Virus record (IMG/VR): IMGVR_UViG_3300046171_000007 | Location: 1-53,508 of that record | Reading direction: 5' to 3' (one strand) | Length of the DNA stretch: 53,508 nucleotides | DNA from: a virus | Taxonomy: Duplodnaviria; Caudoviricetes | Shown: positions 7,117-17,965 of the stretch, in pieces | Layout: the number at the start of each line of letters is the position of its first letter | How positions within the stretch are numbered: position 1 is the stretch's first letter | Notes under the pieces: generated by a model | What the model saw: the letters and a program-made list of their open reading frames with translations, nothing else | What the model was told of the DNA's origin: nothing | Database searches by the model: none | Translations under genes and position numbers: made by a program

Positions 7117-7547
7117 TGCTTGCTGAACTTGCCGCAGCTAATGCCGCATTCGCTGTAATCAAGACAGCGGTACAGAATGGTAAGGACATTGCTGCAGCTG
7201 GCAGTGCCATTGCTAAGTTCGTTGGGGCAAAGCAAGACCTAGAACGTAAGTCTCTGAAAAAGGGTGGCGGTTCTGATCTAGAAGAGTTCATGGCCCTTGA
7301 ACAGATACGGGAACAGGAAGAGCAACTAAAGCAGCTTATGATATACACAGGCCGTCCGGGTCTGTGGCATGACTGGCAGAGGTTTCAGGCAAAGGCACGT
7401 GTAGCTAGAAAAGAAGCAGAAGAAGAAACTAGGCGTAAGCGCAAGCAATATTTTGAAATAGCCATCATTACATTTTTACTTATTGTAGGTTTGAGTGTGC
7501 TTGCTGCTATTGTACTACTGGCACTACATGCACAGGGAAAATTATAA
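7116..7547 (+). CDS. Coiled-coil protein with C-terminal TM helix
   Basis: IAIITFLLIVGLSVLAAIVLLAL. Confidence 0.75.
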   Translation: MLAELAAANAAFAVIKTAVQNGKDIAAAGSAIAKFVGAKQDLERKSLKKGGGSDLEEFMALEQIREQEEQLKQLMIYTGRPGLWHDWQRFQAKARVARKEAEEETRRKRKQYFEIAIITFLLIVGLSVLAAIVLLALHAQGKL

Positions 7548-7792
7548 TGTCACTTGCTAAATCACAAAAAAGTCTGAAGCGTTGGACGAAGCAGAAGTGG
7601 CGTACTAAGTCGGGCAAACCTTCTGGCAAGACAGGTGAGAGGTATCTTCCTGAGAAAGCCATCAAGTCACTGAGTTCTGCAGAGTATGCAGCAACGACAC
7701 GAGCAAAGAGGAAAGGCACACGTGCTGGAAAACAATTTGTACGACAGCCTAAGTCGATTGCAAAAAAGACTGCAAGATTCCGCAGAAGCTAA
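7547..7792 (+). CDS. Basic protein, C-terminal half of a DUF5872-like domain
   Basis: QKSLKRWTKQKWRT...RYLPEKA...GKQFV. Confidence 0.7.
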   Translation: MSLAKSQKSLKRWTKQKWRTKSGKPSGKTGERYLPEKAIKSLSSAEYAATTRAKRKGTRAGKQFVRQPKSIAKKTARFRRS

Positions 7793-7872
7793 TGGCATTC
7801 GGCTACTGAAAGAGGACGTGCCAGATTGGGAAGATAGACTGGCATTGATACAAAGTTATATAGAGGTGAAAT

Positions 7873-8256
7873 ATGCTGACCGCGCTGATAGGACCGATTG
7901 CTAATCTGGCTGGTACGTGGCTGGAGGGCAAGGTTGAAAAAACAAAAGCTGAAACAGGGGCCAAGGTCGCTAAGGCACGTGCTGAAGCAACTATCATGGA
8001 GAAGAAGGCTACGGGTGAAATTGATTGGGACATTGCTATGGCTGAAGGTAGTAAGCACTCGTGGAAAGACGAATGGCTGACTATTCTGTTTAGTGTCCCG
8101 CTTATCCTAGCATTTATTCCTGGCATGGAGGGTGTTGTACAGAATGGCTTTGACCAACTCAGTTCGATGCCTGAATGGTATCAATATTCCTTGGGCGTCA
8201 TCGTTGCCGCTTCTTTTGGCGTACGTTCAGCTACAAAATTCTTTGGTAAGAAATAA
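7873..8256 (+). CDS. Putative holin (3TM type)
   Basis: SWKDEW motif, two TM segments, P.WY; upstream of the endolysin. Confidence 0.65.
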   Translation: MLTALIGPIANLAGTWLEGKVEKTKAETGAKVAKARAEATIMEKKATGEIDWDIAMAEGSKHSWKDEWLTILFSVPLILAFIPGMEGVVQNGFDQLSSMPEWYQYSLGVIVAASFGVRSATKFFGKK

Positions 8257-8459
8257 TGGCAGAACTAACAATGGAACGGATGCTGAAGTGGAAGATACTT
8301 CCGCGTCTGATGATGTTGGGAATGTCATTATCAGCATGGCGGGTAGTTGAGTGGTTTATGACGTTGCCCGACCCTACGTCACAGCAAGCCGCATTGGTTA
8401 GTGTAGTAACAGGTGCTATGACTGGTGCCTTTGCCGTGTGGATGGGACACGAGAAATGA
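8256..8459 (+). CDS. Small membrane protein in the lysis cassette
   Basis: Two hydrophobic helices. Confidence 0.7.
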   Translation: MAELTMERMLKWKILPRLMMLGMSLSAWRVVEWFMTLPDPTSQQAALVSVVTGAMTGAFAVWMGHEK

Positions 8460-8941
8460 AATATAATAAAGACGATCTAATTCAAAAGCTGATTAGCCAC
8501 GAGGGTCTACGTCTTGAGGTGTATCAAGATACGCTGGGCATCAATACGATTGGCATCGGCAGGAATCTAGATGATCGAGGTATCTCTAAGGATGAACTGG
8601 ACTGGATGGACTATCCATCTATTGACTATGTTTTTTCTGATGGTATCACTGAAGCTGATGCCATGTACCTCGCACAGAATGACGTACAGATTGTCGAAGA
8701 TGAACTGTTACGTGCGCACCCTTGCGTATACAGATTAGACGCTGTACGTCAGCTTATCTTGGTAGATATGGCTTTCAATATGGGTGTGCCGCGTTTGTGT
8801 AAGTTCAAAAAGATGTGGGCAGCTGTTCACGAAAATAAATTTGACATCGCGGCAAAAGAAATGCTTGACAGCAGGTGGGCAAATCAGGTAAAATCACGGG
8901 CAGTGAAGTTGGCCAATGCCATGCACAACGGTGAGTTCTGA
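8456..8941 (+). CDS. Endolysin, GH24 (T4-type) lysozyme
   Basis: HEG...YQDT.G..TIG catalytic E/D/T; MAFNMG; SRWANQV. Confidence 0.9.
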   Translation: MKYNKDDLIQKLISHEGLRLEVYQDTLGINTIGIGRNLDDRGISKDELDWMDYPSIDYVFSDGITEADAMYLAQNDVQIVEDELLRAHPCVYRLDAVRQLILVDMAFNMGVPRLCKFKKMWAAVHENKFDIAAKEMLDSRWANQVKSRAVKLANAMHNGEF

Positions 8942-8969
8942 TGTGGCCATATAACGAGGAAGAGTGGAA

Positions 8970-9344
8970 ATGGCTAGACAGCTAAACGAAAGACAGCAGA
9001 AGTTCCTTGAGGTACTGTTTGAGGACGCGGGTGGTGACATGGTGCTTGCCAAGAAGATGGCAGGTTACTCTGATACCTCTAGCACGACTGCTATAATCAA
9101 GGGTCTGAAAGAGGAAATTCTAGAGGCCACCCAGATGTACATGGCACGTAATGCGCCAAAGGCTGCAATGGCTATGACCGGCGCACTGTACGACCCGACT
9201 GAACTTGGCATTCGTGACAAGATGTCTGCCGCCAAGGAACTGCTTGACCGTGTAGGTCTGGTCAAGACTGAGAAGATGCAGGTGGAAGCAACCGGCGGTG
9301 TTATGCTGATGCCACCGAAAGCCGCAGTAGAGGAGGATGACTGA
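8970..9344 (+). CDS. Terminase small subunit candidate
   Basis: LNERQQKF...AKKMAGYS HTH-like start; AAKELLDR. Confidence 0.55.
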   Translation: MARQLNERQQKFLEVLFEDAGGDMVLAKKMAGYSDTSSTTAIIKGLKEEILEATQMYMARNAPKAAMAMTGALYDPTELGIRDKMSAAKELLDRVGLVKTEKMQVEATGGVMLMPPKAAVEEDD

Positions 9345-9955
9345 TGCAGGGCAAAATTAAAGCGACTATGAAACTTGCAGATTTTTTAGCGCAAGCTACT
9401 GGACGACAACTTAATAGGCTAGGCGACAAACTTGGTATGAATAAAGATATCTTGGATGGTATGTCTGAGAATCAAGTAAAGGGTGCTATTCTTGATGAAA
9501 GTCAAAAATACATGCGTAATAAACGTAAGAATATTAATCGGCGTGTTGGTGCTGCTGCCGCTGGTGGTGCTGCCACCTATGGCGTCGTTGACTTTATTCA
9601 TGATATGCTTGGTATCTCTTCCGTTGCTGATGGCACCCTGTCAGCTGCTGAACGATCAAAAGGAACTGACGAAAAATTTGGGGAAAAGACTAAACCAACG
9701 GCACCACGCGAAAGTAAAAAAGATGACATGCCAAAGTCAAAGCCCAAACCCAAGCCCAAACGTAAGCCTATGCCAAAAACCCTGCCGAAGCCAAAGCCAA
9801 AGCGGCAAAAGAAAGAAGATTCTGGCGTAACCTTCCAGTTTGAAACTGTAAATAAAAACAAAGGCGGTTCTGTCACAAAATCTAGCAAAGGCGCACAAGA
9901 CTTCCGTAAAGGCGGTATGGTCCTGTCAACTGTGGACAACCGCAAGAAGCGATGA
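9344..9955 (+). CDS. Basic low-complexity protein (PK repeats, xxGG motifs)
   Basis: KPKPKPK; KNKGG; FRKGG. Confidence 0.7.
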   Translation: MQGKIKATMKLADFLAQATGRQLNRLGDKLGMNKDILDGMSENQVKGAILDESQKYMRNKRKNINRRVGAAAAGGAATYGVVDFIHDMLGISSVADGTLSAAERSKGTDEKFGEKTKPTAPRESKKDDMPKSKPKPKPKRKPMPKTLPKPKPKRQKKEDSGVTFQFETVNKNKGGSVTKSSKGAQDFRKGGMVLSTVDNRKKR

Positions 9956-10158
9956 CTAGTTTTATTAATTGGAATGCTCCAATTAAAGAAGGTAGGAAAA
10001 ACGATATGTGTCCTAGTTGTTTTTCTAAAGGACTAAAAAGAAAAGGTAGGCACAGAAGAATTTGCACAGAGTGCAATTCCATGTTTATTAACCCAAACAG
10101 AAAAAGAAATGACACGCAGCGCAGGGCGGTGGAAGCTACCACAGCCAACAGACATTAA
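9952..10158 (+). CDS. Small Zn-ribbon protein
   Basis: CPSC...CTEC. Confidence 0.55.
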   Translation: MTSFINWNAPIKEGRKNDMCPSCFSKGLKRKGRHRRICTECNSMFINPNRKRNDTQRRAVEATTANRH

Positions 10159-10510
10159 AGAAGAAAACGAGTGGGTGCAGATACCTCGCATTGCAAGGAC
10201 TGTCCCATTCGGTTATAAGCAAAACGAAGAAGACCCCGACATTCTTGACCCTATTCCAGTTGAATTAGACTTGCTGGAGAAGGCACGTAGGCACGTAAAT
10301 CAGTATTCCTACCGTGAGGTGGCCAATTGGTTGAGTGCAAATACTGGACGATACATTTCGCACGTGGGATTAAGAAAACGGTTAGGTAATGAAAAACAAC
10401 GTAAGAACCAAGCTGCAAGCCTCCGCAAGTGGGCAGAATATGCGGAAAAGGCAATCGCCAAAGCGAAAGCCCTTGAAGAAGAAAGAACCGGAGCAAAAGC
10501 CAACGGTTAG
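10109..10510 (+). CDS. DNA-binding (HTH) protein upstream of terL
   Basis: VPFGY...SYREVANWLS...ISHVGLRK. Confidence 0.65.
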   Translation: MTRSAGRWKLPQPTDIKEENEWVQIPRIARTVPFGYKQNEEDPDILDPIPVELDLLEKARRHVNQYSYREVANWLSANTGRYISHVGLRKRLGNEKQRKNQAASLRKWAEYAEKAIAKAKALEEERTGAKANG

Positions 10511-11949
10511 CATAGAAGACGTTTCATATGAAACAGAAGCTATTGAAGAACATGCTAACGTACTGTTTAAGCCTAACCCCGGACCACAGACAGAGTTTCT
10601 TGCCGCAGCGGAACGTGAAGTTCTTTACGGCGGCAGTGCAGGGGGCGGTAAGTCATACGCAATGCTTGCTGACCCACTGCGTTACATGGGACATCCGCAA
10701 TTTAGTGGACTCCTGCTACGACACACAACAGAAGAATTGAGGGAACTCATATTCAAGTCGCAGGAGTTGTACCCAAAAATCTGGCCAGGCATTAAGTGGT
10801 CAGAACGAAAGATGCAGTGGACCGCGCCATCTGGCGCAAGGTTGTGGATGTCATATCTCGACAGAGATGATGATGTCTTGCGTTATCAGGGTCTGGCATT
10901 TAGCTGGATAGGCTTTGACGAGTTGACACAATGGGCCACACCATACGCATGGAACTACATGCGATCTCGTCTACGGTCCACTGCACCTGACTTGCCTATC
11001 TTCATGAGGGCTACAACTAACCCCGGAGGACGGGGGCATCACTGGGTCAAGAAGATGTTTATTGATCCAGCCCCGTACAATAAGTCGTTTGATGCAACAG
11101 ACCTTGAAACTGGTGAAGTACTGAAGTATCCAGCCTGGACACCAAAAGGCAGGAAAGTCTTTGTTCAAGCGGCGATTTATTCCCGCAAGGCTTGCTGACA
11201 ATCCTTACCTATCCGAATCAGGTGACTACGAAGCAATGCTTCTGTCACTACCAGAGCAACAGAGAAGGCAACTTCTTGATGGTGATTGGGATATTAAAGA
11301 GGGTGCAGCCTTTACGGAGTTTGACCGCACTATTCATGTGGTTGATCCTTTCCCCATTCCTAATAATTGGGTTAAGTTTAGGGCTTGCGATTACGGCTAC
11401 GGTTCATATAGCGGGGTTCTGTGGTTTGCTGTTAGTCCTTCTGAGCAACTTATTGTATACCGTGAGCATTACGTGTCAAAAGTTTTGGCGACGGATTTGG
11501 CAGAACAAATCTTGGAACTTGAGTCAGGTGATGGCAATATTAAGTACGGTGTCCTTGATAGTTCTCTTTGGCATAAGCGCGGCGATACTGGCCCTAGCTT
11601 GGCAGAACAGATGATTATGAAAGGGTGTCGTTGGCGTCCATCAGACAGAAGCAAAGGCAGTCGTGTAGCTGGCAAGAACGAAATTCATAGGCGTTTACAG
11701 GTAGACGAATTTACAGAGGAACCTAGACTTGTATTCTTTAATAGCTGCACAAATGTCATATCACAGTTACCGGCCCTCCCGATTGATAAAAAGAATCCAG
11801 AGGACATTGACACACATAGTGAAGACCACTTGTATGATGCCCTGAGATATGGTATAATGTCAAGACCAAGGTTTAGCATATTTGACTATGATCCTATGGG
11901 ACGCCCATCAGGTGGTATGCAGGTAGCAGACTCCACATTCGGATACTAA
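10389..11949 (+). CDS. terL: Terminase large subunit (apparent 1-nt insertion at about 11134; start uncertain)
   Basis: Walker A YGGSAGGGKS, Walker B IGFDE, TTNPGG, nuclease DYG...DHLYDALRY; removing one C gives YPAGHQKAGKSLFKRR. Confidence 0.92.
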
Positions 11950-11959
11950 GGAAATTAAT

Positions 11960-14098
11960 ATGGAAGAAGATGACATTCTAATCGAAGACGATTCAATCGC
12001 ATTGGATGACTCTGATGATAGTGATGCCGAAGATATTGGCGTATCTTCCATCATTGATTTTATTCAGGACCGATACAACAAGGCTGAAGACTATCGGTAC
12101 AACGACGAAGAACGCTGGCTGAAAGCGTATCGCAATTACCGTGGCTTGTATGGCCCAGATGTTCAGTTCACCGAAACAGAAAAGTCTCGCGTCTTTATTA
12201 AGATTACCAAGACCAAGACGCTGGCAGCGTATGGCCAGATTACTGACGTACTGTTTGCCAACAGTCGCTTTCCTCTTTCTATTGAACCTACAGAACTCCC
12301 AGAGGGCGTTGTAGAAAATGTACACTTTGATCCGCAAGCACCTGACATGGGTGCCGGTGGTCCAGAGATGGCCAGCCCCTACGGCTTTGCAGGTGACGGT
12401 ATGCAGCTTCCAGCGGGTGCTACAGAGAAGACCCTGCTGGACATGCTTGGCCCACTACAGGAAAAGCTGGACCCTGTTCAGGACAAGCTGAAGGAAGGTC
12501 CGGGTGCGACACCTACGGCTGTGACATTCAGCCCCGCAATGGTTGCGGCCAAGAAGATGCAGAAGAAGATTCATGACCAGCTGGAAGAGTCTAGCGCAAC
12601 CAAGTATCTGCGCAGCACGGCATTCGAGATGGCACTGTTTGGCACGGGCGTAATGAAGGGTCCGTTTGCTGTAGACAAAGAGTATCCTAATTGGGATGAC
12701 GATGGCGAGTACGATCCGGTATTCAAGACGGTGCCGCAGGTTTCTCACGTATCTGTCTGGAACTTCTATCCAGACCCAGATGCTAACAATATGGACGAGG
12801 CACAGTTTGTCATTGAACGACATAAGATGTCTCGCACTCAGCTTCGTTCTTTGAAGAAGCGTCCCTACTTCCGTGGCACTGTCATTGATGAGGTTATCTC
12901 TCGCGGAGAAAACTATACCAAGAAGTATTGGGAAGATGATCTGTCCGACTATGCACCAGAGCATGGCATTGACCGCTTTGAGGTTCTTGAGTATTGGGGC
13001 ATGGTCGATGTTGAGATGCTCATGGAGCAGGGCGTAGACATTCCCAAAGACTTCCAAGAGTTTGACGAGTTACAAGCTAACGCATGGGTATGTAATGGCA
13101 AGCTGATCCGTCTGGTGCTTAATCCTTTCAAGCCGTCAAAGATTCCGTACATGGCTGCACCGTATGAACTCAATCCTTACAGCTTCTTTGGCGTAGGTAT
13201 TGCAGAGAACATGGACGACACGCAGACGTTGATGAACGGCTTCATGCGCATGGCTGTGGACAATGCCGTACTGTCAGGCAATCTGCTTATTGAGGTTGAT
13301 GAAACCAATCTGGTACCTGGCCAAGACCTGTCCGTATATCCGGGCAAGGTATTCCGTCGCCAAGGCGGTGCGCCGGGTCAGGCTATCTTTGGCACAAAGT
13401 ATCCTAATGTGTCACAAGAGAATATGATGATGTTTGATAAGGCACGTGTGCTGGCAGATGAAAGCACCGGCTTCCCGTCCTTTGCACACGGACAGACTGG
13501 TGTGTCCGGCGTAGGCCGTACAGCTAGTGGCATCTCCATGCTGATGGGTGCTGCACAGGGTTCTATCAAGAGTGTCATCAAGAATGTGGACGACTATCTG
13601 CTTCGTCCGCTAGGCGAAGGACTGTTCCGGTTCAACATGCAGTTTGACTTTGACCCTGAACTCAAAGGCGACCTTGAGGTAAAGGCACGTGGTACTGAAA
13701 GCCTGATGGCTAATGAGATTCGCAGTCAGCGTCTCATGCAGTTCCTGCAGATTGCAAGCAACCCAGCCCTCGCACCGTTTGCCAAGTTCCAGTATGTAAT
13801 CACAGAGATTGCAAAGTCTATGGACCTTGACCCCGACAAAGTTGTGAACAATATGAATGAAGCCGCCCTGCAAGCTGAGATACTTAAAGGGTTCCAAGCA
13901 CCGCTTCCAGAAGGGCCACCTGCTGCTCCTGCTGGCGCGGACGTTATGGACCCGACAGGTGCGGGTGGTGGAACAATGGGTGTAGGACAAGCACCAATAC
14001 CGGGTGAACAAGGATTTAGTGGAAATGGTGGACAAGGAATTGTACAGCAAGCTGAAGCCGCTGGTGGCCAACAACCGCCAGTGGACGCACTTCAGTAA
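11960..14098 (+). CDS. Portal protein
   Basis: 712 aa after terL; FGTGVMKGP, FYPDP, RTASGISML. Confidence 0.88.
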   Translation: MEEDDILIEDDSIALDDSDDSDAEDIGVSSIIDFIQDRYNKAEDYRYNDEERWLKAYRNYRGLYGPDVQFTETEKSRVFIKITKTKTLAAYGQITDVLFANSRFPLSIEPTELPEGVVENVHFDPQAPDMGAGGPEMASPYGFAGDGMQLPAGATEKTLLDMLGPLQEKLDPVQDKLKEGPGATPTAVTFSPAMVAAKKMQKKIHDQLEESSATKYLRSTAFEMALFGTGVMKGPFAVDKEYPNWDDDGEYDPVFKTVPQVSHVSVWNFYPDPDANNMDEAQFVIERHKMSRTQLRSLKKRPYFRGTVIDEVISRGENYTKKYWEDDLSDYAPEHGIDRFEVLEYWGMVDVEMLMEQGVDIPKDFQEFDELQANAWVCNGKLIRLVLNPFKPSKIPYMAAPYELNPYSFFGVGIAENMDDTQTLMNGFMRMAVDNAVLSGNLLIEVDETNLVPGQDLSVYPGKVFRRQGGAPGQAIFGTKYPNVSQENMMMFDKARVLADESTGFPSFAHGQTGVSGVGRTASGISMLMGAAQGSIKSVIKNVDDYLLRPLGEGLFRFNMQFDFDPELKGDLEVKARGTESLMANEIRSQRLMQFLQIASNPALAPFAKFQYVITEIAKSMDLDPDKVVNNMNEAALQAEILKGFQAPLPEGPPAAPAGADVMDPTGAGGGTMGVGQAPIPGEQGFSGNGGQGIVQQAEAAGGQQPPVDALQ

Positions 14099-14243
14099 TT
14101 ATCTTGATGCGTTAATTGCAACGCACCAGAAGACTTTAGAACAAACAGACAATAATGTAGAGATACTCCGTGCGCAGGGTTCTATTTCTGTGCTACGTAA
14201 GATCAAGCGTCTCAGGGATGAAGTGAGTGAACTAGATGGCTGA
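14025..14243 (+). CDS. Small conserved protein after the portal
   Basis: RAQG motif typical of post-portal genes. Confidence 0.7.
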   Translation: MVDKELYSKLKPLVANNRQWTHFSNYLDALIATHQKTLEQTDNNVEILRAQGSISVLRKIKRLRDEVSELDG

Positions 14244-16810
14244 AGAGCAGGCACCAAACTTTCAGGGTATGCCACAGAGTGCGCGTACTAAAAAGTATAA
14301 TAAGTTATACGATACTCTGACAAGTCAGACCGTAGGTGATAGAAGTTTTGCTGACATGTATGGTGCCTTGCAGGAAGCAGAGGTAGGCGCATATAAGGAA
14401 AAGACTGGCTGGCCCTACATATTTACGGGTGCCTCTAAAAAGTCTTCCGCATTTGGTCCTTTGCAGATTACTTATAGCACAGCGTTGGACTATTTTTATC
14501 CGGGCGATAGCGAAACTGAAAAGCGCGATAATATGAAGGCCGGTAACTTTAAGGAAGGTTACACCCAGCTTCCCAGTGATGTCAAAAGCTACATTAAAGG
14601 TTTTATTGAACAAGGCATTAATAAACGTAATCGAAAGGGTGGTGTATACGGCAGCTATGGTGTTGGCGATATTTCTGCAGAAGACCATAAAAAACACTAT
14701 CCATTTTTGGCCGCAGTTCATGTAAATGAAAAGAAAAAACTTGCGGATGCAGATACGGTTCCCGCTTTTGTAAATGCACATTTTGGTGACATTCAAGAGG
14801 ACGATCCGCAGAAAGAGAATAAAGAACGGCAGCTGGCCAATCTACAAACAAAGGTTAGCGATACACTAGGTGTAACTGTACGGCCTGTCACAACAGATGT
14901 CGCAGAAGGCTTCTCTGAACCCGTCACTGTTACACCTGAACCAGAACCAAGCGCCAGAACCAAGCCCCGTAACACCTGAAACAAAAACGCAAACAGATGA
15001 AGCATTTACGCTGGACTATGAAGGCGAACTGCCGGATATTGGTGACGAAGTAAAGTTGCCCGACCTACCAGCAACAGATGTAGCACCCGACACAACGGAT
15101 GCCATTCCTCCTACTATAGTAGATAAACCAGAGGATAAAAACATTTTTGAACGGGCATATGATTATATGTTCGGTGACGACGATACACCAGAAGAAATTC
15201 AGCAACGTGAGCAGACTAGGCAACGGCTGTTGCAGAGTTTAGAAATGAACGAGGGCGGTATGGCTATTGAAAAGCAAATGGAAATGTTTGAAGACGGCGG
15301 TCTTATGGACGAGGGAGGCACAGTTGATCCAGTATCTGGCAACGATGTACCACCAGGTTCTACACAGGAAGAAGTCCGCGATGACATTCCTGCCCAGCTG
15401 AGTGAGGGCGAGTTTGTATTTCCTGCAGACGTAGTTCGGTTCATCGGACTAGAGAAGCTGATGCAGATGAGACAAGAAGCGAAGGCAGGTCTTGCTCGTA
15501 TGGAAGCTATGGGCCAGATGGGCAACAGTGAAGAAGCTGTACTGCCAGACGATATTCCGTTTGACCTTGACGATCTTGACATGGAAGATGAACCTATGGA
15601 GTTCCAGACGGGCGGTCTTGTACCTAACCCTTATGGGACGTATCAACAGGCGTCACAGTTTGCCACATATGGCCAACAGCCGTATCAGGCACCTCAGACT
15701 TCCTACAGCACCTATGGCACCTCAAGCCCCACTACAGACGGGCTTCCAGCCGCTTACAACTCCTGTTCAACCAGTGACCACAGCTACAGGCACGGTGCCT
15801 TCATTTGAGGACATCATGCCCACAACTACTGGCCGGTATGATGAACTAAAAGAATACATCAACCAGAGACGGGCGAGTCGATGACTATTCCGTTTGTTGA
15901 CGGCAAGCCTATTTATCCTATTCCGCAAGGTTTTATTCCAAAGCCGACAGAACAAGTTGAGGCTGTTGTTCCAGATACTACAGTCCCAACGGCACGAGTA
16001 GCACCAGTTTCCGGTGATGACGATAGAGATGATGGCCTTGGACTCGGCGGTGGCAGAATTGGCATGGGTGGTTTTTCGGACGGAACTGGTCGTAAACAGA
16101 ATGCTACTATTATGGGTGTCTCATTTGATATGGGTGAAGGTTTCTTGGGTGGTGCCGCTGGTATAGGTGCAACTGCTCTTGGACTTGCAACTGGTAAAGG
16201 CATTCCAAAAGACGCTACCGCTACGTTTACGTATGACAATGCTACATATACTGTATCCGGCGATGAGTATAATGACTTGAAAAAGTCAGGTTATACAGGA
16301 GATTTGGCTGACAAAATTGTTGCATCTCTTAAAACTGAAAGCGGTGTGCGTAGGGGAAGTATTGAATATAATAAAGAAACTGGAACCTTCAAAGATAAAA
16401 AATCTGGTGAGACTTTCCAAGATAGGGACGATGATAATGATGGCATCGGCGATATTCTCAATAAAGCGGGTGAAAGTATCTATTCTAAAGTAGACATAAA
16501 TGATCTTCTAGGTTCTTCACAAAAAATGAATCAATCTGAAAAAGACATTGCATCTGCGTATAATGATGCACAGTTTGAAGCGTTTGATCCTGGGCCTGCA
16601 CCAGATAGCGGCGGATCAGATAGCGACGGCGGCGGTTATGGAGGCGGTCGCACAGAATCTGCTGGTGCAGATTGGAGTGCAGGTTCCGACTTTAGTGCAT
16701 CTGAACGAGAAGAATTGGGGCCGGGTTCGTACAACGCTGGTGGTCTAGCATCTAAGAAAAATCCCAAAGCCAAAAAGATGAAGCAAGGCGGTATAGCTTC
16801 TAAAAAATAA
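14236..16810 (+). CDS. Multi-domain virion protein: lysozyme/SLT-like N-domain, LSxGEFV domain, low-complexity tail (three apparent indels)
   Basis: Joins ORFs 14236, 14897, 15492 and 15881; AFGPLQIT..TA; DDIPAQLSEGEFV; six xxGG motifs. Confidence 0.65.
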
Positions 16811-16868
16811 CCGCAATCGTTGGCCTACCCATCCCCCACCCGACAGGTGGCTACGTTGGCCCCAACAT
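16811..16868 (+). ncRNA. Structured leader ahead of the scaffold gene (candidate cis-regulatory RNA)
   Basis: GTTGG/CCAAC outer stem and CCACC-CGACA-GGTGG inner hairpin, adjacent to the GGAG RBS. Confidence 0.5.
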
Positions 16869-16880
16869 GGAGTAAAACAA

Positions 16881-17754
16881 ATGGCAGAGTCTGCTGACAA
16901 TCATGGCTGAAGAAATGCAGCCAGAAAAGAAAATTGCGTTTGCAAATCGTAAGTACACTAACGAAGAAAAGCGCAGGATGGAAGAAGAAGAACTTGAGCA
17001 ACTAATCAAGGAACAAAGAGGTGAAGCAGAGAATGCTGAACCTGAAGAACAAGAACCAGAGAACGCAGAAGAGAAAACATTCAAGAAGCGTTACTCTGAT
17101 CTTCGTAGACATCAGCAGAAACAAGCTGAAGAGTTTAAAGAGGAAATCGAAAAACTCAAGTCTCAACTCAGTGCTGCAACTAAAAAAGAAATGCAGCTTC
17201 CTAAGTCAGATGATGACCTAGAGAGTTGGGCTAGACAATACCCAGACGTTGCTGCAATCGTCGAAACAATTGCTATCAAGAAGGCGAAGGAACAAGCTGA
17301 CGGCTTGGAAGAACGCATGAAAGTAATTGACGACATGCAGTATACAGCAAAGAAAGAAAAAGCTGAAGCAGAACTTATGCGTCTGCATCCAGACTTTGAC
17401 GAGATTCGTGACAGCGACGAGTTCCACGAATGGGCAGAAGACCAGCCTAAGTGGGTACAAGATGCTCTGTACGAAAATGACAACGACGCTAAGTCGGCTG
17501 CACGTGCAATTGATTTGTACAAGGCTGACAAAGGCATGTCAACTAAGAAGTCTGCATCAGACAAGTCTGCTGCAAAATCTGTTGATTCTCGTAGGTCGCG
17601 TAGTAAACCGCAGGGCGATGAGTCCACAACCTACATCAAAGAGTCTCAAGTTCAGAAGATGTCTCCTCAAGAATACGAGAAGCGTTCTGATGAAATCATG
17701 GAAGCTATCCGTTCTGGAAAGTTTGTCTATGATGTTTCTGGTTCTGCCAGATAA
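16881..17754 (+). CDS. Capsid scaffolding protein (apparent 1-nt insertion at about 16896)
   Basis: Acidic coiled coil; FKKRYSDLRRH; HPDF; directly before the capsid gene; GGAG RBS before ATG 16881. Confidence 0.8.
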
Positions 17755-17762
17755 AAAAAGTG

Positions 17763-17790
17763 TTGACAAATAGTTATTTTTTAGTATAAC
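17763..17790 (+). promoter_or_regulatory. Sigma70 promoter of the capsid operon
   Basis: TTGACA-16 nt-TATAAC. Confidence 0.8.
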
Positions 17791-17799
17791 TATATGCAA

Positions 17800-17965
17800 C
17801 ACTAGTGTAAGTGGGTTCGCTACCTGCTTACACTAATCCGCAAACACCCTCAGTCTTACGGATTACCTGACGAGCATGGCCCGTTAAATATTCGGTCGGC
17901 CAACTGAATAGGAAACGCACCCGTTGTGAATCAGCCTCTGATTAGTCTGGTGAGTTTGTATCTGT
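17800..17965 (+). ncRNA. Structured 5' leader of the major capsid gene
   Basis: 14-bp hairpin 17803-17835; stem 17889-17910; possible pseudoknot TGGCC/GGCCA; GCAAAC/GTTTGT closing stem. Confidence 0.6.

Noticed and set aside
11120-11200. Programmed frameshift in terL or the other broken genes
   Set aside because: No slippery heptamer seen; many similar +1 breaks genome-wide point to sequencing error
17851-17920. Hammerhead-like CTGACGAG...GAAAC in the capsid leader
   Set aside because: Stems I and III and an NUH cleavage site cannot be formed, and stem II lacks the closing pair
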